A program made the translations under genes and the position numbers. This document shows, in pieces, positions 59,461 through 64,000 of a stretch of DNA of 64,000 nt. The notes beneath the pieces were generated by a model. The model was given only the letters and a program-made list of their open reading frames with translations, had not been told where the DNA came from and made no database searches. The DNA is from an uncultured bacterium (GTDB lineage: Bacteria > Hydrothermota > E44-bin80), in assembly GCA_964392665.1 (NCBI GenBank), contig CAYMQB010000006.1, positions 7,856 through 71,855 on the forward strand, in the 5' to 3' direction. Numbering within the stretch: position 1 is the stretch's first letter; every line of letters begins with the position of its first letter.

Positions 59461-61700
59461 TTTATACCTCTAATTTTTATAATTTTCTTTATATCAATTA
59501 CTCTGCCCTTATTTGTCAACGCTATAAAATATATACCAGACCTTACTTCGTTTCCCTTTTCATCCGTTCCATCCCAGGATACAGAAGTGATGAGTGAAGA
59601 GTGAGGAGTGATGAGCGACAAAGACCTAATACATCTCCCACTCACATCATAGATACAGAGCGAAATTGGAAATTGGGAAATTGGGAAATTTCTATTTTCT
59701 ATTTTCCTAATTTCGGGGATTCTGTATCTTATTTCTACCTTTTTTGTAAACGGATTGGGCTGACAGGTAAGTCTTATGTCTTCGGTCTTCGGTCTCCGGT
59801 CTTGTCTCTCCCTTACCACTACTCCCACTCCATAGTGCAATATCGCTCCAGCCTGACCTACACTCCAGCCATTTAAGGTATCCACAAAATCTAACCGTTC
59901 AAGTGTTACACTTACCGGACTCATCTCCAGACTCCAGGTGGTTCCCGCATCACTCGTCCTCGCGAGCCTACCACTATCTCCTACTGCCCACGCATTATAA
60001 CCATCCCCACAGTCTATGTCTAACCATAATCCAGTTTCACCGTGTGGTATCCAGTTACTGCCATCAATCGTGCTGAGTATTACATTCTGCCCGCAACTGT
60101 ATCCTCTTAAGCTATCCCACATCGATACGCCATATTGAGGTCCTGTTTGCCTCTCTAAACTCCAATTCATTCCCCCATCTGTCGTATGCCATATATATCC
60201 CCATTCAATCCTCTCTTTCGTTAATCCAACTACATCGACTAACCACCCCTTATCTCGACTGACAAAGTCCATATCGTGAAACTTTGATACAGTATCCACC
60301 ACCTCTCCAATCAAACTCCAGTTACTTCCACCATCGGTTGTCCTGCGTATCCGTGTCTCTATAGTTCCTATACCTGCTATCCATCCATAAAGTGTGTCTA
60401 CAAAGTCTATTGCCCTGATAAATGGTCCACCTACTGAAACCTTCTCCCAACTTATACCTCCATCATTCGTCCTCCACATCGATGGCTGGGTATTGCCATA
60501 CCTACCTACTGCATATATGTGTGAACTGTCCCTTACTCCTATGTCCCTGAACTCATTACTCCCAGGTAACTGCTTCACTTCCCAGTTATTACCTCCATTA
60601 GTTGTATGTAATACCATTCCACCCTGTCCAGCAATCCATCCATTAAGTGAATCAAGAAACTCTACTCCCCTTAACCAGTTACTCCAGGGCAGCTGAAACT
60701 GCCAGTTGAATCCTGAATCCTTGACCAATGTAGTCCACTCTCCACAGCTCCATACCTTATTATCTTTAACCGATATGCTCATAAGTCTTGAGTTAGTCCC
60801 TACCCACATCTTATTCCAGGTTACACCGCCATCTGTGGTCTTTACCACAATCCCATTCTCACCACAGGCATATCCAACAAGTGTATCAAGAAATTCTACA
60901 TCGTAATATGGTGCATTGCCTGTGTTCATTGGGCGCTTATCCCAGGGTTCACCCCCTGAAGCAGTGTAGATAAGCGTATCACCATTACCTACTGCAAAAC
61001 CGTTAAGAGTACCCAAAACGCAAAGTGCTCTTAGACCCATTGATGCAGGGTTAGGCTGAACAATCCACGTTGTACCAGCATCTATTGTATGTTCGAAAAC
61101 GCTTCCAGGTGCAATTTGCCAGCCTTCCCTAATACTAATAAAGTCTAAAGCCCTACTATACCAAACTTGTCTCTCCCATGTTATGCCACCATCAATAGTG
61201 TGCAATAACATCGTATCCCCGGTTACCCACCCATTCAAACTGCCTACGAAATCCACCGCAACAAGATACTCATTCGGTCTACAAGGAAATGAATCCTTTT
61301 CCCAGTTATTACCTCCATCGGTTGTCTTCAAGATTAAGCCATACCAACCACTACCACTAATTCGACTATTGCCTACTACCCAACCTCTAAGTGTATCAAG
61401 AAACTGCACATCATAAAAACAAATACTGCTGTCTATCTCTGTGAAACTCCAGTTTGCTCCACCGTCCGCTGTTTTACCTATTGCTCCCCTCTGAAATACC
61501 CACGGCTTGCCAGTATAACCTCCATAATGTACAACAGTCATATAATACCTTCCTCCTACTACCCACCCATGTAAACTATCTACAAAATCTATACCTTGAA
61601 AATGATACTCATAAGGTGACGGCTGACGTTGCACCTCCCAACCTGAAAATAACATAGTTGGTATGAGTAACATGACAACAACCAAACATATCTTTCTCAT
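59457..61700 (-). CDS. Secreted YCF48/BNR-like double beta-propeller with C-terminal T9SS/FlgD-type sorting domain
   Basis: 14 blades of type xDFxDxxxGWxxG with TTDGG boxes; C-terminal PNPF...IYDVSGR...WDGTD..G..VRSGIYF. Confidence 0.88.
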   Translation of the reverse strand: MRKICLVVVMLLIPTMLFSGWEVQRQPSPYEYHFQGIDFVDSLHGWVVGGRYYMTVVHYGGYTGKPWVFQRGAIGKTADGGANWSFTEIDSSICFYDVQFLDTLRGWVVGNSRISGSGWYGLILKTTDGGNNWEKDSFPCRPNEYLVAVDFVGSLNGWVTGDTMLLHTIDGGITWERQVWYSRALDFISIREGWQIAPGSVFEHTIDAGTTWIVQPNPASMGLRALCVLGTLNGFAVGNGDTLIYTASGGEPWDKRPMNTGNAPYYDVEFLDTLVGYACGENGIVVKTTDGGVTWNKMWVGTNSRLMSISVKDNKVWSCGEWTTLVKDSGFNWQFQLPWSNWLRGVEFLDSLNGWIAGQGGMVLHTTNGGNNWEVKQLPGSNEFRDIGVRDSSHIYAVGRYGNTQPSMWRTNDGGISWEKVSVGGPFIRAIDFVDTLYGWIAGIGTIETRIRRTTDGGSNWSLIGEVVDTVSKFHDMDFVSRDKGWLVDVVGLTKERIEWGYIWHTTDGGMNWSLERQTGPQYGVSMWDSLRGYSCGQNVILSTIDGSNWIPHGETGLWLDIDCGDGYNAWAVGDSGRLARTSDAGTTWSLEMSPVSVTLERLDFVDTLNGWSVGQAGAILHYGVGVVVRERQDRRPKTEDIRLTCQPNPFTKKVEIRYRIPEIRKIENRNFPISQFPISLCIYDVSGRCIRSLSLITPHSSLITSVSWDGTDEKGNEVRSGIYFIALTNKGRVIDIKKIIKIRGIK
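59586..59805. repeat. Cluster of hepta/octamer tandem arrays inside the sorting-domain coding region
   Basis: AGTGA(T/A/G)G x4 at 59586-59613; GAAATTG(G) x4 then TCTATTT x2 at 59662-59704; GTCT(T/C)NN x5 at 59771-59805. Confidence 0.85.
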
Positions 61701-61726
61701 TTTTCTCTCACTTGTTTATTCTTTAA

Positions 61727-61755
61727 AAGATAATTCTTTTATCTCACATTGTCAA
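61727..61755 (-). promoter_or_regulatory. sigma70-type promoter for the propeller/glycosidase genes
   Basis: TTGACA-17 bp-TATCTT on minus strand. Confidence 0.6.
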
Positions 61756-61785
61756 GAAGTTTATTCTTCAAAAATCTGTCTTTCT

Positions 61786-61833
61786 GTCATTGCGAATATT
61801 CTTCTCATATTTCTTCTGAAGCAATCTCATATT
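61786..61833. repeat. Left half of palindromic element
   Basis: GTCATTGCGA...GAAGCAATCTCATATT; no right arm found. Confidence 0.7.
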
Positions 61834-62028
61834 CACCCTGAACCATACGGTACAGGGGGGATTTGATGTCTTACCTTATCAGCATTATCTTCTTTATATC
61901 AATTACTTGTGATTTTTTACTTTTAACCTCTAACTTAATGAAGTATATTCCACTGCTTACTTCTTTTCCGAATTATCTCTACATGCCGGGATAGTCTAAA
62001 ATTATAGGAGTATCTGATAAGTTCTGAT

Positions 62029-63375
62029 TTAACTAATACTTTTTTTGTCCCTATTTTTCTTTTCCCTTTTTATAAGTGTCCTCCATTTTTCTAATCTATC
62101 TTTGATTTTCCCTTCTCTACCTCTGTCGGTTGGTCTATAATAGATTTTTCCTTTTAGCGCATCCGGGAGATATCCTTCAGGAACAAAGGCATCCTGGAAA
62201 TTGTGGGCATACTTGTAGTTTTTCCCATATTCGATTTCCTTCATCAGCGATGTCGGTGCATTTCTTATCTTGAAGGGAACTTCTGCATTAGGGATTTCAT
62301 AGACATCCTTCTTTGCATTTTCGTAAGCAAGATAGATGGAGTTACTTTTGGGTGATGTGGCAAGATAGACTGCCACCTCGGCAAGAGCAAGAGAGCATTC
62401 GGGCATACCTATGAAATGTACTGCTTCCTTTGCTGAAACTGCGAGTGTTAACGCAAATGGGTCAGCAAGTCCGATGTCTTCACTCGCAGCTCTTATGAGC
62501 CTTCTTGCGATAAAGAGGGGGTCTTCTCCGCTTTCCAGCATTCTCGCCAGATAGTAAAGGGCAGCATCAGGGTCGCTACCTCTTATACTTTTATGCAACG
62601 CCGAAATTAAGTTATAATGCTCCTCCTGGTTTTTATCGTAAAGGAGTGATTTTTTCTGTGCAACATCTTCAACCATTTTAAGGTCGATTGATTTCTTTTT
62701 TCCTTCCGTTGTCAGCACATTAGAAGCTATTTCGAGTATATTCAGTGCAATTCTTGCGTCACCGTCAGAAATATTGACAACAAAATCTATGGCTTCATCG
62801 GTTAAAAGCACTTCTTCATTCAGTCCGTCTTCTGACTTGATGGCATTTTTCAACACCTTTTTTATCTCTTTTTCATTCAGTTTTTTCAGCACATAAATCT
62901 TTACCCTAGAAAGAAGCGCTGAGTTGATTTCGAACGATGGATTTTCCGTTGTTGCACCTATTAAAGTGAGGGTCCCATTCTCCACATAGGGAAGGAAAGC
63001 ATCCTGCTGCAACTTGTTAAATCTGTGAAATTCATCGACGAAAAGGATAACATGAGTAGCTTTGAATTCACGTTGCATTTGTGCATCTTCTATTACGCTT
63101 CTGATTTCTTTTACACCGGAAAGCACTGCACTAAAATTGATAAAATGAGCTTTCGTATATTTGGAAACAAGGAATGCAAGGGTAGTCTTACCACTTCCAG
63201 GGGGACCCCACAGGATCATCGATGGTATTTTGCCTTCCTCTATTGCTTTTCTTAAAGCCTTGCCCTTACCTATAAGATGTTTCTGTCCTACGAATTCAGA
63301 GAAACTCGAAGGTCTGACCCTATCTGCGAGAGGATTTTTTATTGCGGTTTTCTTTTGAGTAAAGAGTTTACTCAT
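62029..63375 (-). CDS. rarA: Replication-associated recombination protein A
   Basis: PLADRVRP, WGPPGSGKTT, FVDEFHRFNKLQQD, GATTENPSF, SALHKSIRGSD, EDIGLADP. Confidence 0.97.
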   Translation of the reverse strand: MSKLFTQKKTAIKNPLADRVRPSSFSEFVGQKHLIGKGKALRKAIEEGKIPSMILWGPPGSGKTTLAFLVSKYTKAHFINFSAVLSGVKEIRSVIEDAQMQREFKATHVILFVDEFHRFNKLQQDAFLPYVENGTLTLIGATTENPSFEINSALLSRVKIYVLKKLNEKEIKKVLKNAIKSEDGLNEEVLLTDEAIDFVVNISDGDARIALNILEIASNVLTTEGKKKSIDLKMVEDVAQKKSLLYDKNQEEHYNLISALHKSIRGSDPDAALYYLARMLESGEDPLFIARRLIRAASEDIGLADPFALTLAVSAKEAVHFIGMPECSLALAEVAVYLATSPKSNSIYLAYENAKKDVYEIPNAEVPFKIRNAPTSLMKEIEYGKNYKYAHNFQDAFVPEGYLPDALKGKIYYRPTDRGREGKIKDRLEKWRTLIKREKKNRDKKSIS

Positions 63376-64000
63376 TCTGTTCCGGTCCTCCGGTAAGTTC
63401 CTCTATTCCTTGTTCTGTAACGAGAATCGTTTCCTTGATTTTCACTCCGCCCCAATTAGGCAGATAAAGAGCCGGTTCCACAACAAAGGTCATTCCGGTC
63501 TTAATAATTTCGTTGTTATTCGGTTTTAGAGCAATTCCGCCTTTGACAAATCCAAGGCTTTCTCCCAGAGGGTGAAAGAAAAACTGCGAATGTCCTAACT
63601 CGAGAAAACAGTCTCTAACCACAGCATCAACAGAAGAGGCAACGATACCAGGCTTAACGAATGATTTCATCTTCTTGTATGCTTTGAGAACGATATCGTA
63701 TACTTCTTTTTTCTTTGCATCCACCTTTCCGTGAAAAACAGTTCTTCCAAAATCAGCCATATAACCTTTTAAAAGTCCGCCCATATCCAGCGTAACTATA
63801 TCGTTTTCTTTCAGTATCTCCATTGTGGAGACAGGAAAAGTATTGGACGTTTTTTTACCGAAAGCTATGCGGGTTGGGAAAGCACGTTTCTCCAAACCCT
63901 GTTTGTGAAGTTGCACATCTACTTTGTTCCTGAGTTCGATTTCACTGCAGCCTGTTACAATATCTTTTTTGATTTCTTCATATACATTTCTAAGTAAATG
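63368..64000 (-). CDS. M24-family protein with degenerate metal site, 5'-truncated by the window edge
   Basis: DMGG..GYMADFGRT and VEPALY..WGGV present; frame open to the window end. Confidence 0.8.
   Translation of the reverse strand, partial: HLLRNVYEEIKKDIVTGCSEIELRNKVDVQLHKQGLEKRAFPTRIAFGKKTSNTFPVSTMEILKENDIVTLDMGGLLKGYMADFGRTVFHGKVDAKKKEVYDIVLKAYKKMKSFVKPGIVASSVDAVVRDCFLELGHSQFFFHPLGESLGFVKGGIALKPNNNEIIKTGMTFVVEPALYLPNWGGVKIKETILVTEQGIEELTGGPEQNE

Noticed and set aside
59800-61700. Apparent compositional shift suggesting foreign origin
   Set aside because: Could be explained by the Trp/Gly/Val-rich propeller repeats; not quantifiable by eye
1-64000. tRNA, rRNA, reverse transcriptase, integrase or phage genes
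   Set aside because: No cloverleaf, rRNA signature or such protein motifs recognised

Overview
AT-rich (by eye) chromosomal window from a diderm bacterium. Gene content (SprA-type T9SS translocon, a FlgD/T9SS-type C-terminal sorting domain, PilMNOPQ, PurS-fused PurL) suggests an FCB-related candidate lineage such as WOR-3/TA06; this is inference, not a database result. Housekeeping blocks: rpoC(3' part)-rpsL-rpsG-fusA (no tuf follows); porin, tatA, LeuD-like subunit, hutH; TPR-M24 peptidase-efp; lipoprotein+LysM; phoH-7TM/HD-ybeY-2x CBS/hemolysin; DASS transporter; HTH-pilMNOPQ; sprA-small membrane ORF-barrel-purL-purQ; lptFG-dusB-M23; transglutaminase-like lipoprotein; B12/radical SAM; 2-hydroxyacid dehydrogenase; two large secreted proteins; rarA; a second, degenerate M24 protein. 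One accessory hotspot (about 10.9-15.0 kb) holds an AbiEi/AbiEii module between about 125-bp direct repeats, Rhs and IS3 remnants. Best leads: (1) a GGDEF-STAND-TPR (NLR-like) protein behind the pilus operon; (2) modular GTCATTGCGAG...CTCGCAATGAC palindromic elements with swappable internal cassettes, one nested in a 19-bp-TIR MITE and one duplicated around the AbiE module; (3) heptamer micro-arrays translated inside a T9SS sorting domain, with a 19-nt identical copy at the Rhs remnant boundary; (4) a T9SS-linked pair of a double beta-propeller and a putative glycosidase with an inserted FN3/Ig block. No tRNA, rRNA or CRISPR array was seen. All product calls come from motifs read by eye; no searches were run.
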